This document shows, piece after piece, positions 9,411 to 18,783 of a DNA stretch of 64,000 bases. The stretch spans positions 947,986 through 1,011,985 of the forward strand of contig OZ252008.1 in assembly GCA_965246995.1 (NCBI GenBank). Direction: 5' to 3'. Position 1 is the stretch's first letter. Every line of letters begins with the position of its first letter. The notes below the pieces were generated by a model. That model was not told the DNA's origin. It made no database searches and saw nothing but the letters and a program-made list of their open reading frames with translations. The translations under genes were made by a program, and so were the position numbers. This DNA comes from Vicinamibacterales bacterium (GTDB taxonomy: Bacteria; Acidobacteriota; Vicinamibacteria; Vicinamibacterales; UBA8438).

Positions 9411-10823
9411 ATGATTCGAGCAGGAGTTGGCCTTGCCGCGGGCCTTGCGATCGGCGGCGCCCTGGCAGCCTGGGTCTCTGCGGGACGGGCGGAGAGCCCG
9501 GCGATCGCCATCGTGGAGCCTGCGACGTACATCGGGCGGACTGCGGCGTTCGTCGCCACCGCCGAGGCGCCCGGCGCGGAATTCACCGCGCTCGACGCGT
9601 ACGTCGAACAGGGCGGGATCATCCATCCGCTCTTCTCGCTCGATGGTGGGGCGGCGGCGGCGCAAGCGGCGGTGGATCAGGAGACCCAGACCCGCCTTCG
9701 CATCAGCCGGACGTTCGATCGTGAGACCCACCCGGAGCTTGTGCCGGGACCGGCGCGCGTCGTCGTCAGCGCCACGCGTCCGGTGCTGTTCGGTCTGCGC
9801 GAGCGGAGCAACGAGTTGGCGGTTGACGTCACGGTCCGTTTCGATCCTCCGCGGCTGACGCCGGTATCCACCTTCCACTACATCAACCATGGCGGATCGG
9901 AGCTGGTGGTCTACCGCCTGACGCCGGATGATGCGGATTCGGGCGTACGGGTGGGTGACCGGGAATATCCTGGCTTTCCGCTCTCGGCGGTTGGCATCGA
10001 CGGACCGCCCGACCTGCGCGTCGCCCTCTTCGCGCTGCTGCACGAGCAGGATCTCGGCACAGGGATCGAGCTGTGGGGACGCGATCCGGCAGGCAACGAG
10101 GCGTCTGCCCCGTTCGATCACCGCGTCTTCGAACGCCGGTTCCGGCGGGCGCGCCTGCCGGTGGGTGACGCGTTCCTGCGCCGCGTAGTCCCGCCAATCG
10201 CGGCGCAGGCCCCGGAACTGGCCGATGAGGACGTGGACGCCGAGACGGAGGTGTCGGACCTCCTTGACCTCTACCTCTTCATCAACCGCGAACTTCGCCG
10301 GCAGAACCGCGACACAGTCGCCGGGCTCGCGGAGCAGACCGCTTCGGAACAGCTCTGGGACGGTCCCTTCCGGCAACTGGCCGATACGCAGGTGGAGTCA
10401 GGCTTCGCGGATTACCGCACCTACCTCTACGCCGGAGAAGAGGTCGATCAGCAGGTGCATCTCGGCTTCGATCTCTCGTCGACGGTGAACGCTCCGGTTT
10501 CCGCCGCGAACGCCGGTACCGTCATCTTCACGGGCTACCTGGGCATCTTCGGTAACTGCGTCGTGGTTGATCATGGTCTCGGTCTGCAGTCGCTCTACGC
10601 ACACCTTTCGACCATCGATGTCGCCGTCGGCGACGCGGTAGGGCTCGGCGCACAGCTCGGCCTGAGCGGCCAGACCGGCCTGGCGGGGGGGGATCATCTC
10701 CACTTCGCGATGCTGCTGCAGGGCCGGCCGGTAACGCCGATGGAGTGGTGGGATCCACATTGGATCGAAGATCGGATCACGCGCAAGTTGCGCGCGGCGT
10801 CCGGCGCGCCCCCCGCAGGGTGA
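9411..10823 (+). CDS. M23-family metallopeptidase
   Basis: 470 aa. The C-terminal LytM domain reads HLGFDL...GNCVVVDHGLGLQSLYAHLS...GLSGQTGLAGGDHLHF. Confidence 0.85.
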   Translation: MIRAGVGLAAGLAIGGALAAWVSAGRAESPAIAIVEPATYIGRTAAFVATAEAPGAEFTALDAYVEQGGIIHPLFSLDGGAAAAQAAVDQETQTRLRISRTFDRETHPELVPGPARVVVSATRPVLFGLRERSNELAVDVTVRFDPPRLTPVSTFHYINHGGSELVVYRLTPDDADSGVRVGDREYPGFPLSAVGIDGPPDLRVALFALLHEQDLGTGIELWGRDPAGNEASAPFDHRVFERRFRRARLPVGDAFLRRVVPPIAAQAPELADEDVDAETEVSDLLDLYLFINRELRRQNRDTVAGLAEQTASEQLWDGPFRQLADTQVESGFADYRTYLYAGEEVDQQVHLGFDLSSTVNAPVSAANAGTVIFTGYLGIFGNCVVVDHGLGLQSLYAHLSTIDVAVGDAVGLGAQLGLSGQTGLAGGDHLHFAMLLQGRPVTPMEWWDPHWIEDRITRKLRAASGAPPAG

Positions 10824-10936
10824 TCCGGGCGTTGCGCTCCCGGTTATAATTGTCGGGATAGACGCGCGCTCGGGCCCCGCAACCGTGACTGCGACCTTCC
10901 CACTATCACAGTATCCACACCGCGCAGGAGAGAAGC

Positions 10937-11719
10937 TTGATGCGACAGCGAACATTCTGGACTATCGTCTCACTCGTGGCGATCGCGACAGCCGTCGCGT
11001 GCAGCCGCCGCTCCGATGTGCCGCCCGTCTCGGTGATTCCCGAAGGGGGAGGCGGCGGTGCCAGCATGGCAGCGGGCGCCACCGGCACCAGCCAGGTAAC
11101 CGGTACGATCTCGTTCGACGGCACGCCGCCGCCGGCAGAAACGATCCGGATGAATTCCGACCCCGTCTGCGTCATGGAGGCGACGGACAACGAGACCGAG
11201 TACCACGTCGTCGGTGACGGCGGCGGCCTTGGCAATGTTTTCGTCTACGTGAAGGAGGGGATTACAGGGACGTATCCGACGCCGGGCGATCCGGTGCTCC
11301 TCAATCAGCAAGGCTGTCGCTACACGCCGCATGTTTTCGGCGTGCAAATGGGCCAGACGGTGACGATCCAGAACTCCGACCCGACGCTGCACAACATCCA
11401 CGCCAGGCCGACGCAGAACGCCGAGTTCAACACCGGCCAACCCATTCAGGGGATGACCATGGACCGCACGTTCGATCAGGTCGAGGTGATGGTGCCGTTC
11501 AGGTGCGACGTCCATGGCTGGATGAACGCCTACGTGGGCGTGCTCTCCCATCCCTACTTCGCTACCACCGGTTCCGATGGCAGTTTCGACATCTCAAACC
11601 TGCCGGCCGGTGACTACGTGATCGAGGCGTGGCACGAAGTGCTTGGCGCGCAGACGCGGAGCATCACTGTCGGCGACGGCGCCTCCGCCGAGGTGTCGTT
11701 TACCTTCAGCGCCGGTTGA
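10937..11719 (+). CDS. cupredoxin-like (type-1 Cu site) lipoprotein with C-terminal CarboxypepD_reg-like domain
   Basis: 260 aa with lipobox IATAVAC. The cupredoxin ligand pattern is HNIH ... C-DV-H-GW-M (Cys-x2-His-x2-Met, amicyanin-like spacing). The tail is SDGSFDISNLPAGDYVIEAW. Confidence 0.65.
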   Translation: MMRQRTFWTIVSLVAIATAVACSRRSDVPPVSVIPEGGGGGASMAAGATGTSQVTGTISFDGTPPPAETIRMNSDPVCVMEATDNETEYHVVGDGGGLGNVFVYVKEGITGTYPTPGDPVLLNQQGCRYTPHVFGVQMGQTVTIQNSDPTLHNIHARPTQNAEFNTGQPIQGMTMDRTFDQVEVMVPFRCDVHGWMNAYVGVLSHPYFATTGSDGSFDISNLPAGDYVIEAWHEVLGAQTRSITVGDGASAEVSFTFSAG

Positions 11720-11743
11720 TACCTCGGCCGGCGGGGGGGCGAC

Positions 11744-12751
11744 GTGCGCTGGCTGCATCGCTACATTCGGCTTCTGGCCGTGGCGTCGCTCCTGCTGATC
11801 ACGGCGGGGGGACTGGTGACAAGCACCGGTTCCGGTCTTGCCGTGCCCGACTGGCCGAACACGTACGGCTATTTCATGTTCGCGTTCCCCCTCTCGAGCA
11901 TGGTGGGGGGGATCTTCTACGAGCATGGTCACCGGCTAATCGCGAGCGTCGTCGGCATGCTGACGATCGGCTTGGCGGTCTGGCTGGCGTGGGTCGAGCC
12001 ACGTCCGTGGGTACGCCGCCTCGGCTGGATCGCCCTCGCGGCGGTAGTCCTGCAGGGAATCCTGGGGGGGATTACCGTTCTCTATTTTCTCCCGGCGGCG
12101 ATCTCGATCAGCCACGCGGGACTGGCGCAGCTTTTCTTTGCGTTAGTCGTCAGCCTGGCTATCTTCACGTCGTCCGGATGGCAGGACCATTACGGCACGA
12201 GGACGGACACGACCAACAGAGTGGACACAGCCGAGGGTGACCGGATCCTGGCGCGGCTGTCGGTGATGCTGCCGGTCGCTATCTACTTGCAGATCCTGGC
12301 CGGCGCCACGATGCGGCACACCGGCGCCGGATTGGCGATCCCGGACTTCCCACTGGTATTCGGAGGTCTCGTGCCACCGGAGTGGACGAGCGCGATTGCG
12401 ATCCACTACGCGCACCGCGTCGGCGCGGTGGCGGCTACCGCGTTCGTCTTCGCCGCGGCGGGGCATGTGCTGTATCACCACCGGGAGCGCCATGAGCTGG
12501 TGCGGCCGTCGATGCTGCTTTGCGCATTGGTGGTGGTGCAGGTGCTCCTCGGCGGCTGGACGGTGTGGAGTGAGCGGCACGTGGCGATCAACACCGCGCA
12601 TGTCGGTGTCGGGGCGCTACTGCTGATTACGTCGGTTGTCCTGGGGCTGCGGGTGCACCGCGGACGGTTCGCCGACGCCGTGCGGGATCGCCACGACGCG
12701 TCACGCGCCGCGGTCGACTCCGTAAATGCCGGATCGGAGTCGCCGGCATGA
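11744..12751 (+). CDS. ctaA: haem A synthase (COX15/CtaA family)
   Basis: 335 aa and polytopic. Conserved His contexts are EHGHRLIA, ISISHAGLAQ, HYAHRVGA and INTAHVGVGALL. The start is GTG. Confidence 0.85.
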   Translation: MRWLHRYIRLLAVASLLLITAGGLVTSTGSGLAVPDWPNTYGYFMFAFPLSSMVGGIFYEHGHRLIASVVGMLTIGLAVWLAWVEPRPWVRRLGWIALAAVVLQGILGGITVLYFLPAAISISHAGLAQLFFALVVSLAIFTSSGWQDHYGTRTDTTNRVDTAEGDRILARLSVMLPVAIYLQILAGATMRHTGAGLAIPDFPLVFGGLVPPEWTSAIAIHYAHRVGAVAATAFVFAAAGHVLYHHRERHELVRPSMLLCALVVVQVLLGGWTVWSERHVAINTAHVGVGALLLITSVVLGLRVHRGRFADAVRDRHDASRAAVDSVNAGSESPA

Positions 12752-13647
12752 GCGTGCCCAGGACCGGCACCGTCCCGCTTGTCGCCGCGCCTCTCCGCGC
12801 AGCCCATTTTCTTGCGCTGACGAAACCGCGACTCAACTCGCTGGTGGTCGCCTCGACCGGCGTCGGCTACTGGCTGGGCGCAACCGGTCCGTTGGACCTG
12901 CTGGTGATACTCCACCTGCTGGTGGGCACGGCGCTCGTGGCGGGAAGTGCGGCGGCGCTGAATCAGGTGGAGGAGCGCGAGATCGACGCTCGGATGGCGC
13001 GGACGCGGGCGCGTCCCCTGCCGGCCAACCGCGTCACGCCTCTGGAGGCGCGGCTGTTCGGCGCCCTGCTGGGCGTCGTTGGCCTGCTCGAGCTGACATT
13101 GCGCGTGCATCCGCTCGCCGCGGCGGTCGCACTGGCGACATTGCTGAGCTATGTCTGGATCTACACGCCGCTAAAGCGCCGGACCTGGTGGGCGACCGTC
13201 GTCGGTGCCGTGCCGGGCGCGCTGCCGCCCGTGATCGGTTGGGCCGCCGCGCGCGGTGCACTCGGCGTAGAGGCGCTGGTGCTGTTCGGAATCCTCTTCT
13301 TCTGGCAGATTCCGCACTTTCATGCGCTGTCCTGGCTCTATCGTGATGACTACATCCGGGCCGGACTGCCCCTTCTGGCGGCGTGCGACCCGGATGGCCA
13401 GCGGACGGCGCGCCATGCGCTCGGCTTTGCGGCGGCGCTCGTCCCCGTCAGCCTGACCCCGGCGTTGGTCGGCCTGGGTGGGAACGGCTACCTGGTGGTG
13501 GCGGCACTGCTCGGAGGTCTCTTCGTGCTGCTTGCGGCCTTGTTTCTGCAGCGGCGCACAGAGCGGCGCGCGCGCTCTCTCTTCGTCGGGTCGCTGATCT
13601 ACCTGCCGGTGGTCTGGAGCGCTCTGCTCATGGAGCGGATGTTGTGA
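12748..13647 (+). CDS. ctaB: protohaem IX farnesyltransferase (haem O synthase)
   Basis: 299 aa. It has the UbiA-type motif NQVEEREIDARMARTRARPLP and forms an ATGA overlap with ctaA. Confidence 0.9.
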   Translation: MSVPRTGTVPLVAAPLRAAHFLALTKPRLNSLVVASTGVGYWLGATGPLDLLVILHLLVGTALVAGSAAALNQVEEREIDARMARTRARPLPANRVTPLEARLFGALLGVVGLLELTLRVHPLAAAVALATLLSYVWIYTPLKRRTWWATVVGAVPGALPPVIGWAAARGALGVEALVLFGILFFWQIPHFHALSWLYRDDYIRAGLPLLAACDPDGQRTARHALGFAAALVPVSLTPALVGLGGNGYLVVAALLGGLFVLLAALFLQRRTERRARSLFVGSLIYLPVVWSALLMERML

Positions 13648-13698
13648 CGCCGCGCGCGACATAGGAACAACGCCGCGGGAACGATTCGAGTTGACACA

Positions 13699-14115
13699 AT
13701 GCCGGACGTGAGTTGGCTGCCTCACTTGAACGCGATGCTGAACGCGACGTCCGGCATTCTGCTTTCGGCTGGGTATCTTTCTATCCGCGCCGGCCATATC
13801 GGTCGCCATCGCGCCTGCATGCTGGGTGCGGTCACCGTGTCGTGCATCTTTCTGGTCTCGTACGTCATCTATCACCTGGAAGTAGGGTCGGTCCCGTTCA
13901 CCGGAGAGGGTTCGATCCGGACCGTCTACTTCGCGGTCCTCATCCCGCACGCGGTGCTGGCTGCCGTCACCGTGCCGCTGGCCGCCATCACGCTGATTCG
14001 CGCGCTCCGTGAACGGTTCGAGCAGCATGTGGCGATTGCGCGATGGACGCTGCCGATCTGGATCTACGTTTGCATCAGCGGTGTTGTCGTGTACTGGATG
14101 CTCTACCAGATGTGA
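13699..14115 (+). CDS. DUF420-family membrane protein
   Basis: 138 aa with 4 TM segments. The pattern LNATSGILLSAGYLSIR...HRACMLGA...YVIYH is typical of DUF420, which is commonly linked to oxidase and haem A genes. Confidence 0.75.
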   Translation: MPDVSWLPHLNAMLNATSGILLSAGYLSIRAGHIGRHRACMLGAVTVSCIFLVSYVIYHLEVGSVPFTGEGSIRTVYFAVLIPHAVLAAVTVPLAAITLIRALRERFEQHVAIARWTLPIWIYVCISGVVVYWMLYQM

Positions 14116-14209
14116 TCCGACGCCGGTCCAGAGCTTGCGAATGGCGAAGGCCTGAGCGATGATGGATGCGTTCCGGACAACAGCAGCAGCCTCCCAAGGA
14201 GGGTTTGAG

Positions 14210-15262
14210 ATGGATCAACGTCTCCGCATGTTCGCCACGTTGCTCACGGTCGTGCTGATGGCTTCGGGGCAGGCCTTCGCCCAGAGCCAGTCCGGGAGTG
14301 TCCCGGAAGCGGATCCGGACTGGGAGATGCCTCGGCTGGCGGACGGCCGGCCCGACCTGCAGGGCTACTGGACCACCCAGACGTTCACGCCGATGGAACG
14401 CCCCGAGTATCTGGGAGATCAGGCGTTCTACAGCGAGGAGGAGTTCGCGGTCCTCGAGTCGCAGTTGACGGTCAACGGGGCCGACCCGCTGGCACGCTTC
14501 GTCATCGACATTGCCGACCCGGAGGAACGCGCGCGGGTTCTCGACCAGAACCACCGCGACGAGACTTACGTGCACTATGACAACGCCATCTGGCTAGGCA
14601 CCAAGGTACCGAAGGGGCTGTCGACGCAGCGCACCTCACTGATTACGGACCCGCCGAACGGCCAGATCCCCCCACAGAACGAACAGGCCCAGGCGCGGCG
14701 GGCGGCGCGGCGGGCGGCGCGCGGCGACCGGGGGCCCTTCGACGGCTACGAGATGCGCCCGCACAGCGAGCGCTGCCTCAACTACCGCTACAATGCGCCG
14801 CCGCTGCAACCGCCCTCGTACAACGATATCCACCAGATCTTCCAGACGTCGACGCACGTCGTGATCTTCACCGAGCAGAGCACAAACCCGCCCCGGATTA
14901 TCCCGATCGACGGACGGCCGCCCGTCTCGGAGAAGATCCGCCAGTGGCCGGGTGACTCGCGCGGGCGCTGGGAAGGTGACACCCTGGTCGTCGAGAGCAG
15001 CCACTTCAACGACAAGTCCGAGTGGCAGGGCTCGAGCCGCGATCTCAAGGTCGTGGAGCGGTTCACCCGGGTGTCCGACGGCGGGATCCATTACACGTTC
15101 ACGGTGGAGGATCCGGCCACCTGGGACCAGTCCTGGAGCGCCGAGATTCCGATGATGGCCACTGAGGGGCCGATGTACGAGTACGCCTGCCACGAGGGCA
15201 ATCACGACATCCGGCACATCCAGGAGGTCTATCGCAACCTCGAGGAGCAGGAGACCCGCTGA
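14210..15262 (+). CDS. secreted hypothetical protein
   Basis: ORF 14159..15262 trimmed to ATG 14210, which lies 8 nt after AAGGAGGG. The signal peptide is MDQRLRMFATLLTVVLMASGQAFA. I recognise no family. Confidence 0.6.
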   Translation: MDQRLRMFATLLTVVLMASGQAFAQSQSGSVPEADPDWEMPRLADGRPDLQGYWTTQTFTPMERPEYLGDQAFYSEEEFAVLESQLTVNGADPLARFVIDIADPEERARVLDQNHRDETYVHYDNAIWLGTKVPKGLSTQRTSLITDPPNGQIPPQNEQAQARRAARRAARGDRGPFDGYEMRPHSERCLNYRYNAPPLQPPSYNDIHQIFQTSTHVVIFTEQSTNPPRIIPIDGRPPVSEKIRQWPGDSRGRWEGDTLVVESSHFNDKSEWQGSSRDLKVVERFTRVSDGGIHYTFTVEDPATWDQSWSAEIPMMATEGPMYEYACHEGNHDIRHIQEVYRNLEEQETR

Positions 15263-15264
15263 CG

Positions 15265-15276
15265 CCGGGCTCCTAG
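15265..15276. repeat. solo terminus of the 184-bp element (cCGGGCTCCTAG)
   Basis: GGGCTCCTAG is an exact 10-nt match to the element end. It lies between convergent genes, and its CTA is the stop codon of the serine hydrolase gene. Confidence 0.4.
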
Positions 15277-16520
15277 CCGGCGGCGCTGACCGCGGCAGCC
15301 GCCAGTGTTGCCACCACTCCCCGCAGCGCGACGACGTTCCCCCCGCCGTCCGGGTGAACGCGGTTCGACAGGAAGACCACTGCCGTTTCGGTCTCCGGAT
15401 CGATCCAGATCGATGTCCCGGTGAAACCGGTATGGCCGTACGAGTGGGTGGGCGAGAAGAGATCGCCGCGCGCGGACGAGTAGGGCGAGTCGATGTCCCA
15501 ACCGAGGGCGCGCCGGACGGAGAGTGACGGAGGCGTCGATGGCCGCGTCATCCGGTCGACGGTGAGCGGTGAGAGAATCGCCCGGGTTCGGTCCGGCGCC
15601 CGGCCCCGTGCGAGCAGCATGGCGGCAAACCGGGCCAGATCGTCTGCTGTCGAGAACACGCCGGCGTGGCCGGCGACGCCACCCATCCGACGCGCGGTCG
15701 GGTCATGCACGGTCCCGCGCAGCATGACGCCGTCCGGGCTGCCGCATGGCCAACCGAGCGGCGTGCATGCCTCGGTCGGTGCAATCTGCGCTGTCGTATC
15801 CGCCCCGGGCCGAAACGTCGTCTCGCGCATGCCGAGCGGTTCGAACAGCCGTTCGCGGGCAAAGACATCGAGTGGCCGGCCGCTTACGCGTTCGACGATG
15901 GCCCCCAGGAGGATGAAGTTGAGGTCGCTGTAGATGAAGGTCTCGCCGGGCGGTGATTCGAGCCGCTCGTCGAGAATCCGCCGGAGCGCTTCGTCCGTCC
16001 CTTCGAACTCCTCTTCGAGCGGCAGGTCGGGCCGGAGCCCGGAGACGTGCGTCAGCAACTGCTCGACGGTGACTGTTTCCTTGCCGTGGCGCTCGAAGCC
16101 CGGCAGGTGGCGGGCCACCCGGTCGCGCAGACGAAGAGCGCCGTCCTCGACGAGCGCCATCACGCTCGGAGCCGTTGCCACCACTTTCGTAAGCGAAGCC
16201 AGGTCGAACCGCGTCTCGGCGGTCATCGGCTCGCGCGCCGGGCGGACGGAGCGCAGGCCGAATGCCTCGCGATAGATGGTCCGGTTGCGGTGGACCACGA
16301 GGATGACGGCGCCCGGAAGATGGCCCGCGTCGATCGCTTCCTGAACGACCACGCCGATCCGCGCCAGACGGTCCGCGTCGACAGATGGGGTCGCTCGGGT
16401 CTGGTTCGGTGCCGCCGCGGGGATCGGGGCAGGCGTGAGCAGCGCCACCGTGATGGCGGCGATCCCGAGCCATCGCCGGTCGTGCGGGGCTGGGGTGTTG
16501 CCACGGGCTGTCGAGTGCAT
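15273..16520 (-). CDS. serine hydrolase, beta-lactamase/transpeptidase-like fold
   Basis: 415 aa with a signal peptide. It has the SxxK motif (ASLTKV), YSDLNF and HTGFTGTS. Confidence 0.85.
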   Translation of the reverse strand: MHSTARGNTPAPHDRRWLGIAAITVALLTPAPIPAAAPNQTRATPSVDADRLARIGVVVQEAIDAGHLPGAVILVVHRNRTIYREAFGLRSVRPAREPMTAETRFDLASLTKVVATAPSVMALVEDGALRLRDRVARHLPGFERHGKETVTVEQLLTHVSGLRPDLPLEEEFEGTDEALRRILDERLESPPGETFIYSDLNFILLGAIVERVSGRPLDVFARERLFEPLGMRETTFRPGADTTAQIAPTEACTPLGWPCGSPDGVMLRGTVHDPTARRMGGVAGHAGVFSTADDLARFAAMLLARGRAPDRTRAILSPLTVDRMTRPSTPPSLSVRRALGWDIDSPYSSARGDLFSPTHSYGHTGFTGTSIWIDPETETAVVFLSNRVHPDGGGNVVALRGVVATLAAAAVSAAG

Positions 16521-16591
16521 CGTCGTAGTTCCGGCGTGGCGGTTCCGAGTGTATACTGGCTTTTCTTATTGGTCAGCCCAAGGACAACGGC

Positions 16592-17245
16592 ATGCCGAGA
16601 GTCGCCCCCACCGCCCCGGTGCTGTTCATCGTCGCGTCGTTCCTGCTAGCCCTCGCCCCGCCCGCCGAGGCGCAGCCCGGGTTCATTACGGCCACCGTCC
16701 GAGATGTGGCAGGACAGCCAATCGCTGGCGCGGAGGTCGTTGGCGAGAACCCGCGCACGCAGCGCCGGGTAGAGGGCGACACGGACAGTGCCGGCCGCTT
16801 CTCCTTTGTCGGTCTAGCGTCCGGCCGCTGGCTGTTCACCATCCGCCGGCGCGGTTACGACCCGGTGCAAGGCTTCGCCAACATCCGAGGCTCCGGCAGT
16901 GCCCGGGTCTTTTTTGTCATGGAGGCTGATCCGCTCCATCCGCCGGCACCCACCACCGGGGTGCTCGCCAACCTGCGCGGGGACGAACTGCAGGAGGCGC
17001 TCGATGTCGCCGACGCCCATTTCGAGAACGGCGACTACGATGCCGCCATCCAGGAATATGAAGCGGTTCTGGCGATGGTGCCGAGCCTGACTGCGCTGCA
17101 CCTGCAAATCGGGCATTCCTTCGAGGCGAAGCAGGAGACCGATCGGGCGCTTGCCGCGTACCGGGCCATTCCGGCCGACGATCCCGTCGGCGCGGAGGCA
17201 CAGGCGGCGATTGAGCAACTGCTGTCGGGCGGCGGCGACCGCTAG
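16592..17245 (+). CDS. secreted CarboxypepD_reg-like domain + TPR protein (paralogue of 8342..9334)
   Basis: 217 aa. The N-terminal segment is TVRDVAGQPIAGAEVVGENP...DSAGRFSFVGLASGRWLF, followed by TPR-like FENGDYDAAIQEYEAVL. Confidence 0.7.
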   Translation: MPRVAPTAPVLFIVASFLLALAPPAEAQPGFITATVRDVAGQPIAGAEVVGENPRTQRRVEGDTDSAGRFSFVGLASGRWLFTIRRRGYDPVQGFANIRGSGSARVFFVMEADPLHPPAPTTGVLANLRGDELQEALDVADAHFENGDYDAAIQEYEAVLAMVPSLTALHLQIGHSFEAKQETDRALAAYRAIPADDPVGAEAQAAIEQLLSGGGDR

Positions 17246-17317
17246 ACTTCCCGCTCACCCGCCGTTGACCCTGAAACGACCCGATTGCTAGAATAACTGT
17301 CCCTTTCGGCGGCGCGT

Positions 17318-17392
17318 GGCGGTATCGTCTAGGGGTTAGGATTCGTGGTTCTCAGCCACGGGACCGGGGTTCGAATCCCCGTACCGCTACCA
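17318..17392 (+). tRNA. tRNA-Glu (anticodon CUC), CCA encoded
   Basis: Hand-folded cloverleaf. The acceptor stem is GGCGGTA/TACCGCT (G1-U72). The anticodon stem is CGTGG/CCACG with loop TTCTCAG. The T arm is CGGGG-TTCGAAT-CCCCG, followed by discriminator A and CCA. Confidence 0.85.
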
Positions 17393-17450
17393 TCCCTTCC
17401 CGTTCCGCTACTCGTCCTTGCGTACTCAGCGGGTTGATCGTCGTATCTCG

Positions 17451-18671
17451 TCAGCGCCGCCCGGTGTACGGATTCTCGCGGTACCAGTCGGCCCAGCGTG
17501 CGCACCCGCGATCGCCCGCCTCGTTGCAGATCTGCCGGCTGCGGATGTAGTGGCCGCGGGCGCGCTGATGCTCGCCCAGGAGGTTGTCCAGCTTTCCCAA
17601 CTCCAGGTGGGCTCGGCCGCGCACCCACGTCGCGGCGCCGTTGCGGGCGGCGATGGCGAGATCCCCGCGCGCCTCTTCGGTGTCGCCCAGCGCCACGCGC
17701 GCCGTCCCACGTTTCAACCTCCAGATCGCCTCTTCGCCCATCATCCGGGGTCGGCCGTCCTGCTCGAGGCGGCGGAAGCCGTGCGACAGGATCAGATCGG
17801 CGAGCGCGGGCCGGTCGTCGCGCAGCCAGGTGGAAGCCGTCTCCAGCCAGAGCAGCCGGTTACGCGGGAAGCTGCGCCGCAGGTTGCGCAGCACTCCGTG
17901 TGCAAGGCTGAACTCCCGCTCGCGGTTGTAGAGCAGCACGAGTGCGAACTGTGCTTCGCTGCGCACCTCGGTCGACCGCCTTGCTGCATCCGCGAGCATC
18001 CGTATCGCGTCTTCCTTGCCGCCATCGAATCCGGCCAGATAAGCCAACCACCGCAAGGGACGAGGAACAACCGAGACGATGTAGCGGTAGAGGCCGACCA
18101 GCAGCTTGGCGTCGTGGTAAGCCGGATCGAGTTCCAAGGCCCGTTCGTGCGCCAGGTATGCGCGGCGCGCCGACCGAAGCGCCTGGAACGGTTGCCGCAG
18201 AATCGAAGCCCGGTACGATGCATCAAGCGCCACCGCAACACCCAGTTCGTAATGGCCATCCGGGTCGTCCGGATCGTTCTCTACGGCCGTTTCACCGAGT
18301 CGGATCGCATGGGCGAGGTGTTGCTCGAAGGTCTGGACGAGTTCCTTGGGCGGATCGTCGAACTCGCCGGACGGACCGTACATCGATCCGGCAAGGTAGC
18401 TGTCGAAGAGCGCGGCACCGCGTTCGAACAGCATCTGAAGCCAGGCTGCTACCGCTACGGCGCGGTACGGAGCGGGGTGATCCGGACGTTCTCCTACCGC
18501 CCTGCGGAACGTCGCGATGGCCTCCTCGTAATCCAGGTTGTAAACCAGCTCGAACCCGGCGGCCAACGTCGGATCGAACTCTGCCGGGGCCGCTTCAGCC
18601 CGCTCCGGCAAGGAGGCAAGCGGGATGGCGAGAGTCACCGCGACCGCAATCGACTTGCTAAGGCGCCGCAT
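17451..18671 (-). CDS. secreted TPR-like repeat protein
   Basis: 406 aa with signal peptide MRRLSKSIAVAVTLAIPLASLPERAEA. The rest is helical-repeat sequence with TPR-like periodicity. Confidence 0.6.
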   Translation of the reverse strand: MRRLSKSIAVAVTLAIPLASLPERAEAAPAEFDPTLAAGFELVYNLDYEEAIATFRRAVGERPDHPAPYRAVAVAAWLQMLFERGAALFDSYLAGSMYGPSGEFDDPPKELVQTFEQHLAHAIRLGETAVENDPDDPDGHYELGVAVALDASYRASILRQPFQALRSARRAYLAHERALELDPAYHDAKLLVGLYRYIVSVVPRPLRWLAYLAGFDGGKEDAIRMLADAARRSTEVRSEAQFALVLLYNREREFSLAHGVLRNLRRSFPRNRLLWLETASTWLRDDRPALADLILSHGFRRLEQDGRPRMMGEEAIWRLKRGTARVALGDTEEARGDLAIAARNGAATWVRGRAHLELGKLDNLLGEHQRARGHYIRSRQICNEAGDRGCARWADWYRENPYTGRR

Positions 18672-18783
18672 GGCCCGCCCATAATATGCGACCCTTCTTC
18701 GCTCGCATCCTCGCTCCGGGGCACATCCTGCGATAGACTAAGTGCTACTGAGATCCAGTCTGCCCTAGGAGGCGTACGCCCAA

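Noticed and set aside
10845-10850. A perfect TATAAT hexamer 87 nt upstream of the cupredoxin gene.
   Set aside because: No acceptable -35 element lies at 16-19 nt spacing. A single hexamer is not enough to call a promoter.
17393-17450. Possible integration scar downstream of tRNA-Glu.
   Set aside because: No repeat of the tRNA 3' end and no mobile genes lie on either side. The next gene is an ordinary TPR protein.
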